From a virus, in the IMG/VR virus record IMGVR_UViG_3300030390_000715, positions 32,001-96,000 of that record: a stretch of 64,000 nt of DNA. One strand, given 5' to 3'. Positions 8,500 through 18,190 of this stretch are shown here, piece by piece. The first letter of the stretch is position 1, and the number at the start of each line of letters is the position of its first letter. The notes under the pieces are model-generated. The model did not search any database, was not told the DNA's origin, and saw nothing but the letters and a program-made list of their open reading frames with translations. The position numbers and the translations under genes were made by a program.

Positions 8500-9305
8500 G
8501 ATACATTGCCCGGTTTAGCGCGAGTAGAAGCGCATGGTGCGTTCATTGGCTTGAGGAGAGCAATGCCTCTAGTTATATTGTGGATTTGGATTCTGTTATA
8601 ATACAAAAGTATGGGACAAAAGAGTTGGCTGAAGCTAAGTGCTTGCAGTTGAACGAGGAGAAAGACAAATTCCTAGCAAGCCCATCTTTTGAACCCCAAC
8701 TTGAACTAGACCTAGAGGAAACAAGCGAATGAACGAATACATGAGAACAAGTGTGAAGTCAAAGTCATTTTGGGAAACAGTAATGCTGATAGTTCTACTC
8801 TGCCTCGTCATAAGCGTGGTTTATTCTGTTGCAAACAAAGAACCTCCGCAAAACAAGTGTATTGACGGAACTCTTTACCGACCAACCGATCAAGGTTACT
8901 GGCTGGCATACAATCAAAAGTGCAAGTCTTTACCGATAGAGGAGATAAGCGAATGAAAATGGCAGTGTTTTGTTTTTGGTGGCTTATGTTGATTTTTGTA
9001 GATCATATTCTGGCATTAAATGTTATTAATTACGAGTCTGTTAGTAAAGATGGATTGTTATTACGGGCATTTATTTTGACCTATTGCAGTGTCAGCTACA
9101 GCGGCTTCAAAGAGGGCATACGACTATGAATACAATGAATTTAAAAGGATTTACTATAGCATTTATGGTTTGCTATATCATGCTTAGTATCATGCTAAGA
9201 TATAGCGGTGTAGTTCTAGGCGCAGAGCAGGTAGTTTTGTCTACCGCGTTTACAATATATCTACTCTTTCAGATACCTCGAAAGAGAAAAAAGAGGAATA
9301 TGTAA
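8496..9305 (+). other. Four small hypothetical genes, three with TM segments
   Basis: ATGA-coupled ORFs ending at 8732, 8956, 9129 and 9305. Confidence 0.55.
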
Positions 9306-9322
9306 TTAAAACAAATAAAGTC

Positions 9323-9351
9323 TTGACAATAGTTGACTGACCCGTTATAAT
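9323..9351 (+). promoter_or_regulatory. sigma70 promoter
   Basis: TTGACA-17-TATAAT. Confidence 0.8.
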
Positions 9352-9383
9352 AACATCTTACTTAATTGAGAAGGTATTATATT

Positions 9384-10343
9384 ATGTCACATGAATTAGA
9401 AATTGTTAACGGTAAAGCTATGATGGCTTATGCAGGAGATACTCCATGGCATGGTCTAGGTACACGAGTAAACACTGATCTAGCACCTCGTGAAATGATG
9501 GTAGAAGCCGGACTAGATTGGGGAGTCGAGAAACACCCTTGCTTCATTGATGTCAATGGCGAATCAATCGCTACAGGTCAAGAAGCACTCATTCGAACAG
9601 ACACCAACGCAGTACTTACTAATGTAGGAAAGGGTTGGAATCCTGTTCAAAACCATGAAGCGTTTGATTTTTTTGCTGAGTATTGTGCCGCTGGTGATAT
9701 GGAAATGCACACGGCTGGCTCACTTAAAGATGGTCAGATTACTTGGGTTCTTGCTAAAGTGAACGAGTCGTTTGATGTACTTGGCGACGATAAGATCGAT
9801 TCTTACTTATTACTATCTAATCCACACCAATACGGTAAAGCGATCAATGTACGATTCACCCCTATTAGGGTTGTCTGTAACAACACCTTAAGCTTTTCGC
9901 TTAGTACTAGCTCTAAGAACACTGTTAATTTGAATCACCGCAACAAGTTTAACCCTGATATGGTTAAAGATCAGATGGGAATTGCGCACGAGAAGTTTTC
10001 GCTATACAAAGATATGGCTCAACACTTAGCCCATAAGACCGCAAGCTTTGATGATTTGATTACATATTTCAATGAAGTCTTTCCTGTCGCCAACTCGCAA
10101 AAACGTGATGCCAGAGCCTACGCTGATCTTTCAAGAACTGCTAAACTTGCGTTCGATCAACTAAACACACAGCCCGGAGCAGACTATGCACGTGGTTCTT
10201 GGTGGCAAGCACTTAACGCTGTTACTTACACCACTGATCACTTACTTGGTCGAACAGCGGATGCTCGAATGACTTCAGCATGGTTCGGAGCGAATCAGTC
10301 AAAGAAAACGAACGCTGTCAACCTAGCTGTAGAGATGGCATAA
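9384..10343 (+). CDS. DUF932 (phage/plasmid TIGR03299-like) protein
   Basis: PWHGLG, PVQN, TPIRVVCNNTL motifs. Confidence 0.85.
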   Translation: MSHELEIVNGKAMMAYAGDTPWHGLGTRVNTDLAPREMMVEAGLDWGVEKHPCFIDVNGESIATGQEALIRTDTNAVLTNVGKGWNPVQNHEAFDFFAEYCAAGDMEMHTAGSLKDGQITWVLAKVNESFDVLGDDKIDSYLLLSNPHQYGKAINVRFTPIRVVCNNTLSFSLSTSSKNTVNLNHRNKFNPDMVKDQMGIAHEKFSLYKDMAQHLAHKTASFDDLITYFNEVFPVANSQKRDARAYADLSRTAKLAFDQLNTQPGADYARGSWWQALNAVTYTTDHLLGRTADARMTSAWFGANQSKKTNAVNLAVEMA

Positions 10344-10351
10344 CCCACAAA

Positions 10352-10394
10352 GGTGCGATCAGTACTTGCTATTGGTCGCACCATGTTTTATAAT
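10352..10394 (+). promoter_or_regulatory. Hairpin overlapping a sigma70 promoter
   Basis: GGTGCGATCAGTA/TATTGGTCGCACC stem; TTGCTA-17-TATAAT. Confidence 0.6.
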
Positions 10395-10421
10395 GACACT
10401 TCATTGATAAAGGAACTATTT

Positions 10422-10967
10422 ATGTCTGTTTATGAAAGAGCGTCTTTGATTGCGGAAGCCTTGCATATCGATCACGTTAGAAAATATACTGGTGAAGCCT
10501 ATATCGCCCACCCGAGAAAGGTCGCTGAAAATGCTGAAGCTGTTATACGGCATATGTTCAAAGAATCTCGTTCTTGGTTATATAGTGATATGTCCGTGTA
10601 TTCTAAAATGCCGCTCGACGAATTTATCGATATCGTTAAAACTATTGCGGTGTTACATGATACGGTCGAAGATACTGCCGCGAACATCGAATACATTCAA
10701 GAAGAATTTGGTGATGAAGTCGCAAGAGGTGTTTGGTACTTATCAGACCCAGATAAGTTTGTGGGTAACAGAGTAACGAGAAAAGCCTTAACAAAAGATC
10801 GCTTGCGTAATGCTCCCGCTTATGTTAAACTAATCAAAATATGTGATATTAATCATAACAGAGGTTCGATAGCAGAGTATGATCCTAAGTTTCTTTTACA
10901 GTTTGACCTAGAAACGAACGCGCTGATCGAAGCTATGAATTTACGTACACTTAATGAAACAGTGTAA
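10422..10967 (+). CDS. HD-domain hydrolase, SpoT/Mesh1-like small alarmone hydrolase
   Basis: H...RKYTGEAYIAHP, LHDTVEDT, IKICD..HN. Confidence 0.8.
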   Translation: MSVYERASLIAEALHIDHVRKYTGEAYIAHPRKVAENAEAVIRHMFKESRSWLYSDMSVYSKMPLDEFIDIVKTIAVLHDTVEDTAANIEYIQEEFGDEVARGVWYLSDPDKFVGNRVTRKALTKDRLRNAPAYVKLIKICDINHNRGSIAEYDPKFLLQFDLETNALIEAMNLRTLNETV

Positions 10968-10972
10968 ACTTA

Positions 10973-11433
10973 ATGAAACAAAATAAAGGTAACAGCATGG
11001 AAAATTTAGACGCCGCAATAGATACTATACAGTCCATAGCTTCGGCGATTATAGACACCCAAGAAGCTATAGCCACTCTGCAAGAAGAAACCCTAATAAC
11101 GCTTCAATGTGCAGGCAGAGAGTGCTTAAGGCTTGAGACAGCTTTAAAGGAATTACAGCTAGAGTCCCAAGCTGATATTGATGATAGAAGATATTCACGT
11201 ATGGCGAACGTACCGTACTCCGAGGTAACAGCATGAGCTATATTATAATTCAAGATAATTCTTATGATGGTAAAGACGTTAGATACTGTGATGATCGAAA
11301 GGAACTTATACGCGTACTTAAAGCTAAAGGCTATCATGGTTATGAGTGGCCTGTCGCTGATTTAGAAGTATATGCTGTGGGTAATGCCTTAACTATAAAT
11401 GAACTAACAACACTAAGAGAGGTGACAGCATGA
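10973..11433 (+). other. Two small hypothetical genes, both ending in EVTA
   Basis: Shared junction GAGGT(A/G)ACAGCATGAG. Confidence 0.55.
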
Positions 11434-12578
11434 GAGATGATACGGCTCGAGGAGAAGCGACAGGAGAAGCGACTCCTATACTCTATAAAAAAGACTCGAA
11501 AGGCAAGACGCGAACTTGGCAAGCAGAATTTCAGTCGACCAATGGTCGCTATTTATGGCGAACCGTTAGCGGCATCGAAGGTGGCAAATTAGTGCGCTCT
11601 GGATGGAAGTCTGTAGAATGTAAGAACGTCGGTAAAATTAACGAGACTGATCAGAAAGGTCAAGCTATTAGCGAAATGTTCGCCAGCTATGAGTTGAAGG
11701 CTGAAGGGGAATATTTTAAAGATCGCAACGACATTGATAAGTACGACAAGATCAAGCCGATGTTAGCGTCAAAACACGAAGATCGCGAGTACGATTGGGC
11801 AACTGGTCAATACTTCTCTCAGCCTAAACTAGACGGTATTCGTTGTATCGCTCGTAAAGATGGATTGTGGTCACGCTCGGGTAAATTGATAGTTAGTATT
11901 CCACATATTAGCGAAGAGTTGAAACCTCTATTCGAGAAGTATCCTGATGCAATTCTTGACGGTGAACTTTACAACCATTGCCTGCGAGATAACTTTAACA
12001 AGATCACATCGCTTGTTCGTAAGACAAAGCCCACCTCCAATGATCTTGAAGAGACTGTGGAGTTAGTTCAATACCACGTTTACGATAAGGTCGATGCTGA
12101 CTTAACTTTTGTAGATAGAAACCTTTGGCTCAATAGTGAAGTACCGCAGTCAAAGGCAGTGAGATTAGTCACTACGGTTGAAGTCTCTGATAAAGATACG
12201 CTCGATATAATATACAGTGGATATCTTGAGGATGGCTATGAAGGTCAAATGATTAGAACTAATCTCGGTTACGAGAAGAGCAAGCGTTCGAAATCCCTTA
12301 TCAAGCGTAAAGAATTTTTCACTGATGAATACCCGGTGTGTCGAGTAGAAGAGGGCAACGGAAACTGGTCAGGTCACATCAAACGATTTGTACTGGTAAC
12401 AGAAAGTGGTGTAGAGTTCGGTGCTGGTGTAAGAGGCAATCAAGCCACGCTAAGTAGCATGTATCAGAACAAAGAAACGCCTGATTGGTGTACGTTACGA
12501 TACTTCACGCCAACGCCAGACGGCATACCGAGATTCCCAGTAGTTATTGATTGGGGTTATGGAAAAAGGGAAGACTAG
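11430..12578 (+). CDS. lig: ATP-dependent DNA ligase
   Basis: QPKLDGIR, LDGELY, EGQMIR, PRFP motifs. Confidence 0.92.
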   Translation: MRDDTARGEATGEATPILYKKDSKGKTRTWQAEFQSTNGRYLWRTVSGIEGGKLVRSGWKSVECKNVGKINETDQKGQAISEMFASYELKAEGEYFKDRNDIDKYDKIKPMLASKHEDREYDWATGQYFSQPKLDGIRCIARKDGLWSRSGKLIVSIPHISEELKPLFEKYPDAILDGELYNHCLRDNFNKITSLVRKTKPTSNDLEETVELVQYHVYDKVDADLTFVDRNLWLNSEVPQSKAVRLVTTVEVSDKDTLDIIYSGYLEDGYEGQMIRTNLGYEKSKRSKSLIKRKEFFTDEYPVCRVEEGNGNWSGHIKRFVLVTESGVEFGAGVRGNQATLSSMYQNKETPDWCTLRYFTPTPDGIPRFPVVIDWGYGKRED

Positions 12579-12763
12579 GAGAATAAAATGGAACAAACAT
12601 TACTTGATAGACTACGTGGAATAAAGCGGGTCGATGAAAGCCTCTATTATCAAAATAAAGATTGCATACCGATGATTTGCTTTGAAGCGGCTCTAAGGAT
12701 CGAGTTTCTAGAGAATGCGCTAGTAGAACAAGGCAATGAATTAAGGGGTTTGAGCCTAAAACC

Positions 12764-13771
12764 ATGATAGAGTTTGATCATTTAAAAACTATAGCCAAAG
12801 AAATTGGCAATGCAATTAAAAGTAGGAAGAAGCTTGGTCCTCAGAGAATCCTTGTTACCGGTGGTGCGGGATTCATTGGATCACAATTGCTGAGGCGTTT
12901 GACCGAACAAGGACATAACGCTGTTGGAATTGACAACTTTAATAGTCACTTATATGATGCTAGTGTAAAGCGTGAAAGAGTCCGAGTTATGAAGCTGAAC
13001 GTATTGGATTGTGATCTTCGCGACGAATACGCAATGAAAGTCATGATCACGACTATGCAACCCACGTTTATATTTCATCTGGGAGCTTTGGCGGGGGTGA
13101 GAGATTCGTACGGAAAGGAAAGAGATTATCATAGTAGTAATATCGATGGTACTCAAACTCTTATCGAGCAGACTAAGGCGATTGTTCCTGATTGTCGAGT
13201 GATCTATGCTTCTACGTCTAGCGTTTATAGTAGCACCAAAGAACTGCCGTGGAAAGAAGACAATGTTCAGGCTCACCAATTGAACCCGTACTCGTATACA
13301 AAGTACGCAAACGAATGTATGTTCAAGATGTCAGGGTTGAATAATACCGGTCTAAGATTCTTCACAGTCTACGGACCATGGGGTAGACCCGACATGGCTC
13401 TATTCGATTTTACTAAAAAGATACTTGCGGGTGAAGAGATTGAGGTGTATAATTACGGAGACATGAAACGAGATTTCACTTTTGTCGATGATATAATAGA
13501 CGGCATACTCTGCGTGATGGTTAATCCTACAGAGAGTGGTGAGATTTATAATATAGGAAGAGGTCGACAAGTTCCTATAATGGACTTCATTGAAGAGATC
13601 GAAAAGAATTGTCGTGTAAAGGCTATTGTCAAGTTGTCGCCACCTCATCCAGCTGATGCTCTTGAAACATGGTCCGATACATCAAAGCTCGAAGCATTAG
13701 GTTATTCTCCATCCACAGATATAGCCACAGGCATCAAAAGATTTTACGAGTGGTATGTCAAATATCATTAA
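12764..13771 (+). CDS. NAD-dependent epimerase (UDP-glucuronate 4-epimerase-like)
   Basis: TGGAGFIG, YxxxK, RFFTVYGPWGRPDMA. Confidence 0.9.
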   Translation: MIEFDHLKTIAKEIGNAIKSRKKLGPQRILVTGGAGFIGSQLLRRLTEQGHNAVGIDNFNSHLYDASVKRERVRVMKLNVLDCDLRDEYAMKVMITTMQPTFIFHLGALAGVRDSYGKERDYHSSNIDGTQTLIEQTKAIVPDCRVIYASTSSVYSSTKELPWKEDNVQAHQLNPYSYTKYANECMFKMSGLNNTGLRFFTVYGPWGRPDMALFDFTKKILAGEEIEVYNYGDMKRDFTFVDDIIDGILCVMVNPTESGEIYNIGRGRQVPIMDFIEEIEKNCRVKAIVKLSPPHPADALETWSDTSKLEALGYSPSTDIATGIKRFYEWYVKYH

Positions 13772-13908
13772 GGATAAGAAAGTTGCTTTGTTTCTTGAAA
13801 CGGTCGAAACTAAGATACAGCAGGAAATAGACATTCTATTGCCCGAAGCAATTGGGGAAGTCTACAGAAAAGTGTTCGAAATTACTTATAACGAGGAGAT
13901 CATAAAAC

Positions 13909-14505
13909 ATGATAGTAGTGGCTCAGCCTAGATCAGGCGCAACTAGAATATGCATGGACATGGCGAAGAGAATAGGCATAGAGTTTATCGGTGAATTAAA
14001 TTCTCGAAATACTCAGGTGACTACTCGCATGAACAAAGGCATTATTCACGAGACTAATTTCAATCCACCATTGTCTAGTTATACCTATTGTAAAGCGTTA
14101 AAGGGTGATGTCCAATCAATTTGTCTAGTCAATGGTCCCGGCTTTGAGTATATGGCGCCAAGAGCAGACTTAATTATTCTTAGAAAGGACTTGCGAAAAG
14201 CCGTACTTAGTTTCGCGTCTTATGTTCCTAAACTAAAATGTCAAGACGGTCTCAAGGTGCCAGAAGAGGCTAAGGCTAATTGGCTACACTATAATATCAT
14301 GACACTTCTTGATGGTGTATTGGGATTAACTAACTATCTCGTTCAAACCCCTGATGCGCCTATTTTATGGTATGAAGATCATTTTCCGCACGTAAACACG
14401 AGGTATGATGTCAGTCGTGAAATGTGTGTGGACATAGATAACTGCATCCGCTTTATATATCCCACAATTACGGATAACATGAAGGTATTATTAAGTAGAT
14501 ATTAA
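13909..14505 (+). CDS. Sulfotransferase-like P-loop protein
   Basis: N-terminal QPRSGAT (PAPS-binding-like), later ILRKD...S and WYED. Confidence 0.45.
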   Translation: MIVVAQPRSGATRICMDMAKRIGIEFIGELNSRNTQVTTRMNKGIIHETNFNPPLSSYTYCKALKGDVQSICLVNGPGFEYMAPRADLIILRKDLRKAVLSFASYVPKLKCQDGLKVPEEAKANWLHYNIMTLLDGVLGLTNYLVQTPDAPILWYEDHFPHVNTRYDVSREMCVDIDNCIRFIYPTITDNMKVLLSRY

Positions 14506-14531
14506 CTCTACTCTCAAACACCCTCCTCTAC

Positions 14532-14595
14532 AGTGACCCAGTCTTTTGATTGGGTCACTCGTTTCTGTTGACAATAACTTCCAATACGATATAAT
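14532..14595 (+). promoter_or_regulatory. Stem-loop plus sigma70 promoter (PeSL-like)
   Basis: AGTGACCCAGTC-TTTT-GATTGGGTCACT, then TTGACA(14568)-16-TATAAT. Confidence 0.75.
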
Positions 14596-14648
14596 AGTAG
14601 TCTAGTTGAGCAAAGATGCTCGTGTTATTTACCAGGGAGGGTTAAATT

Positions 14649-14966
14649 GTGTCAGAATTATTCGCTATGTTTATGTCAATTTGCATACATGCAGACGTTA
14701 TGAATTGTGAGCAAGTCGAAGTAGAGTACGATAAAGTTAAGCCTGCATTCGCTGAAGCCTACTTATACAATACAGGACGGAGAAAGATTGTACTTGACAA
14801 TCGTTTGTCTAAGCGTGATTACGATGTTAAGCTAGGCTATCTAGTGCATGAAGTTGCTCATGTAGCTAACTTTCCTGACGGTGGTCACGGTAAAGCTTTT
14901 CAGAAAGAATGCCGTCGTTTGAGCGAAGTGATGGGAACTTATGTTGGACATTGTAAGTCCCACTAA
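14649..14966 (+). CDS. SprT-like zinc metalloprotease domain
   Basis: HEVAH...GHGKAF. Confidence 0.7.
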   Translation: MSELFAMFMSICIHADVMNCEQVEVEYDKVKPAFAEAYLYNTGRRKIVLDNRLSKRDYDVKLGYLVHEVAHVANFPDGGHGKAFQKECRRLSEVMGTYVGHCKSH

Positions 14967-14983
14967 ATGATTTTAAAAAAGTG

Positions 14984-15024
14984 TTGACAACCACCGTCGA
15001 TATGATATAATAGCACTTCATTAA
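14984..15024 (+). promoter_or_regulatory. Early promoter with ACTTCATT element
   Basis: TTGACA-16-TATAAT-AGCACTTCATTAA. Confidence 0.8.
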
Positions 15025-15246
15025 CCAGAGCGAGATTGACATGCCCGAATTAGATACTGCTACATTCATCGAAGTTACCGCAGAGTGGATGGACGAGGTA
15101 AACTTTGTTGAATGTTTTCTTCACTACTTTGAGTCCGTAGCCGACGCTAGAGAGTATTGGAAATTACTCAACCCGAGCTAAAAAAAAGCTTGACAATTCC
15201 TATATGATAGAATGTTACTTCAATTAGCCAATTTGAGAAAATTATT

Positions 15247-15903
15247 ATGAAAAAATTATCAATTGAACATATCGAAGCTGTAATCACTTCGCAAATGAGC
15301 AACCTAGCAGATGCTTGGGACAGCGCCGCAAAGCGTAAAGATACGCAAAGGCAGATGTCTTTAACTGATTCTGGCATGGAGTTGAGCATGTTATTAGATA
15401 CTTTAAAGCAAAAAGCTAGGAACTCGGGAGAGTCATGATGATAAAAGATGATGTAGAACTTTGCAAATGGTTACGCGATAATTCTAGCGGTATTTATCGC
15501 CCAAGCGCACTAGCGGCTAACAGGATAGAAGAGTTGTTAGTCCTAGTGTCAAAACTAGACGATATTTTCATAGCTCTAGAGAAGCTAAAAAACGATGACG
15601 AAGAAGGTGTATATTGGGGTCGTGATCAGGATATCTATAACATTGCTATTGACGATGTTATTCATTTTATAAGGGGAGAGTACAGTAGAGGGTTTTTTAA
15701 CAACTCGGAGAAAAATGATGACTAGAACTACCAAAAAAAATCCAAAGGACTTTAATGGCGGTGGTTGTCGAGAGTATTGGTCAAATAGACCACACAACAA
15801 AGGTGGAAGTGCCAGCATAGGTAAATACCAAAAGAGCAGAACCGCAAGAACGGAAAGGCGATTAGCCAAAGCAAAAACAGGAGAAAGTGATGGAACTAAT
15901 TAG
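15247..15903 (+). other. Three small hypothetical cassette genes
   Basis: Coupled ORFs 15247-15438, 15435-15725 and 15715-15903. Confidence 0.55.
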
Positions 15904-16141
15904 AGACGAAGAGATACTAAAGTTTTCGAAACAGAATTTAATCTTTACAAGGGATAATTCTGGGGAACTTGAGCTGTCAAGAGTGCTATGTGATGTTGAT
16001 AATGTTGCCCTTAGTGTTGGTTATGTTGGCGGTAATGTTGGTTATGTTGGCGGTAATGTTGATAATGTTCACGGTGGTGTTCGTTATGTTGAAGGTAATG
16101 TTGGCGGAAAGACAAACAGGGAGAATTTGAAGCCAGAGTAA
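15890..16141 (+). CDS. Gly/Val/Asn heptad-repeat protein, paralog of 56224-56682
   Basis: EIL-F-K-NL-FT...VLCDV, then VGGNVGY repeats. Confidence 0.65.
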   Translation: MELIRDEEILKFSKQNLIFTRDNSGELELSRVLCDVDNVALSVGYVGGNVGYVGGNVDNVHGGVRYVEGNVGGKTNRENLKPE

Positions 16142-16222
16142 GAAAGTTGCCCATTCCTTTCACTTTTGCTAAGACATACGAAACAGTTCTGGAGAGCTTA
16201 AACTAACTAATCTGAGGAGAGA

Positions 16223-16477
16223 GTGATGAAGGAATATGTAATAGGAACAGCAGTTTTTATAGTCAAAAGAGGGTCAATGACTTGTCGTGCGCTTGATCCA
16301 GTTGCGTATTTTTCAAGACGTAGCAAAGCCGAGGCTTTTATCGCTAAAGATCGGAAATTCTATAATGGCGATTTGGGGGTTTCTGCCAAAGATTATGTGT
16401 ATCAAATAGAAATCATTCCACTAGACAATACATATTCGGAGATATCAGCGTCGCAGATACCTTATAGGAGAAAGTGA
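16223..16477 (+). CDS. Hypothetical cassette protein
   Basis: GGAGAGAGTGATG junction. Confidence 0.55.
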   Translation: MMKEYVIGTAVFIVKRGSMTCRALDPVAYFSRRSKAEAFIAKDRKFYNGDLGVSAKDYVYQIEIIPLDNTYSEISASQIPYRRK

Positions 16478-16667
16478 AGATGACAAATGAAAATAATGAA
16501 ACAAATGCAACTGAATTTGATAACTGCACATTTACTGGCGTAGAAATTGAATTAAGGTGTCTTAAAACAGCCCTTGAAAATATGTTAGTAGCGGTGAAGA
16601 AGATTTCGACCTTTAATAATAACGAAGATGATAGATGGCGATGACGCCCGAAAAACAGGAGAAAGTG

Positions 16668-17036
16668 ATGCGAGACATTAAATTTAGGCAGTGGGATAAA
16701 AGAAATAAACGGTTTCATTATTTTGGGTTTACTTTAGACGATTACTTCGAATTTACCTCGCCAGTAAGCCCCTGTAGGAAAAATTACCCAGTATCACAAT
16801 ACACTGGCTTAAAGGACTCAAAAGGCGTTGAGATTTATGAGGGTGATGTTGTCAACTCAAGACATCTTTCTCTGGCTGAGGTGGTTTTCTCAAAGAAAGC
16901 CGCGAAATTTTGCATACAAATCTATCGAATGAATCCTTACAAAGAAATGACTAAGCGAGTTTATAGTATTTTGTCGTGCGAAGTTGTAGGCAACATCTAC
17001 GAAAACCCTGAGCTATTAGGAGAAAGTAATGAATAA
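16668..17036 (+). CDS. YopX family protein
   Basis: IKFRQWD...QYTGLKD..G.EIYEGD...VVGNIYENPELL. Confidence 0.9.
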   Translation: MRDIKFRQWDKRNKRFHYFGFTLDDYFEFTSPVSPCRKNYPVSQYTGLKDSKGVEIYEGDVVNSRHLSLAEVVFSKKAAKFCIQIYRMNPYKEMTKRVYSILSCEVVGNIYENPELLGESNE

Positions 17037-17229
17037 GGCCATATTGGAGCCAAATGTGGAGCGTACTCCAAGCGATCTCGAACTGCTTAGGCAAGGAAAA
17101 ATTAGAGCAGTCGGAAAAGTCAGGGCCAGAAAATTAAAGCGCAAAGGAGTTTCATGTTGGTGGTCACCTGAATTAAATAGCCGAGTAAGGGCAGGATTAA
17201 TTAAAGGAGAAAGTGATGCGAGAAATTAA
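17029..17229 (+). CDS. Small basic hypothetical protein
   Basis: Junction motif at both ends. Confidence 0.5.
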   Translation: MNKAILEPNVERTPSDLELLRQGKIRAVGKVRARKLKRKGVSCWWSPELNSRVRAGLIKGESDARN

Positions 17230-17566
17230 ATTTAGAGCGTGGCATAGAGGTGCTGAGGAATTTTGTGAGGGCTTAACATCTAATATGTTTCAGTGGAGAG
17301 AAGATGGGCAACCCATAACACTTATGCAATACACCGGACTCAAAGATGCTAATGGTGTTGAGATGTACGAGGGTGATGTTCTTACTGCACAGAAAGGCTC
17401 TTACTCTGGGAAGTCCCTACCTATCAAGGGGGCATTAGAAGTCCACGGAATACATTGGTTTATTAACACAGGTGATATCCTAACGTATCTAGGGGGCGTC
17501 AGAAACATAAAAGTAATTGGCAACATATACGAAAACCCAGAACTAATCCGAGGAGATACAAAATGA
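17216..17566 (+). CDS. YopX family protein
   Basis: IKFRAW...MQYTGLKD..G.EMYEGD...VIGNIYENPEL. Confidence 0.9.
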   Translation: MREIKFRAWHRGAEEFCEGLTSNMFQWREDGQPITLMQYTGLKDANGVEMYEGDVLTAQKGSYSGKSLPIKGALEVHGIHWFINTGDILTYLGGVRNIKVIGNIYENPELIRGDTK

Positions 17567-17844
17567 TTGAACTAGAACAGATTGCAAAACAAGCCAAATC
17601 GTCAATAGTTGCCGCTGAAAAGCTTAGTGCATTGGACGATCTTCGTGTCGAGTACCTTGGTAAGAAAGGTAGGCTAACAGGCCTTCTTAAAGGTCTAGGC
17701 AGATTGTCGGCTGAAGAACGCCCGGCAGAGGGCGCTAAAATAAATGATGTCAAACAAAGCCTACAAGAGCTTATTGGGCAGCGAAAAGCTTATCTTGAGA
17801 GTATCGACCTGGATGCCACTTATACGCAAACCCAGAACTATTAG
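17563..17844 (+). CDS. Stand-alone N-terminal tRNA-binding arm of Phe-tRNA synthetase alpha subunit (captured fragment)
   Basis: LDDLRVEYLGKKG-LT-LLKGLG-LSAEERPA-GAKIN-VK matches the PheS N-terminal domain; no catalytic domain. Confidence 0.85.
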   Translation: MIELEQIAKQAKSSIVAAEKLSALDDLRVEYLGKKGRLTGLLKGLGRLSAEERPAEGAKINDVKQSLQELIGQRKAYLESIDLDATYTQTQNY

Positions 17845-17850
17845 GAGAAA

Positions 17851-18057
17851 GTGATGGAAAACCTACGTTTAACTTATATTAATTTTTACACTTACAAAGG
17901 GTGGACTTTTGAATGGAAAAAAGACTGGCCTGTTGGCCCTTGGCCTTGTAAAAAAGACTTGGAGTTAAGGGCAAAAGCAGGTAGAAAATTCTGGGATATG
18001 TTTCAAGAATTCTCCGAATTAAGCGACGAGGAACAAGAACAGTACAGGGTTTTTTAA
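17851..18057 (+). CDS. Hypothetical cassette protein
   Basis: Exact GGAGAAAGTGATG junction. Confidence 0.55.
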   Translation: MMENLRLTYINFYTYKGWTFEWKKDWPVGPWPCKKDLELRAKAGRKFWDMFQEFSELSDEEQEQYRVF

Positions 18058-18190
18058 CAACTAGGAGAATGTGCTTATTTCATGCCCCGTCAGGTCTAAA
18101 GTGTGGTTATAGTGTTGTAAATGTAATATTTGTTTGCTATAATGATCTTGTCATCGGGAGATGGCGCAACTATCTTAAAGGAATACAAAA

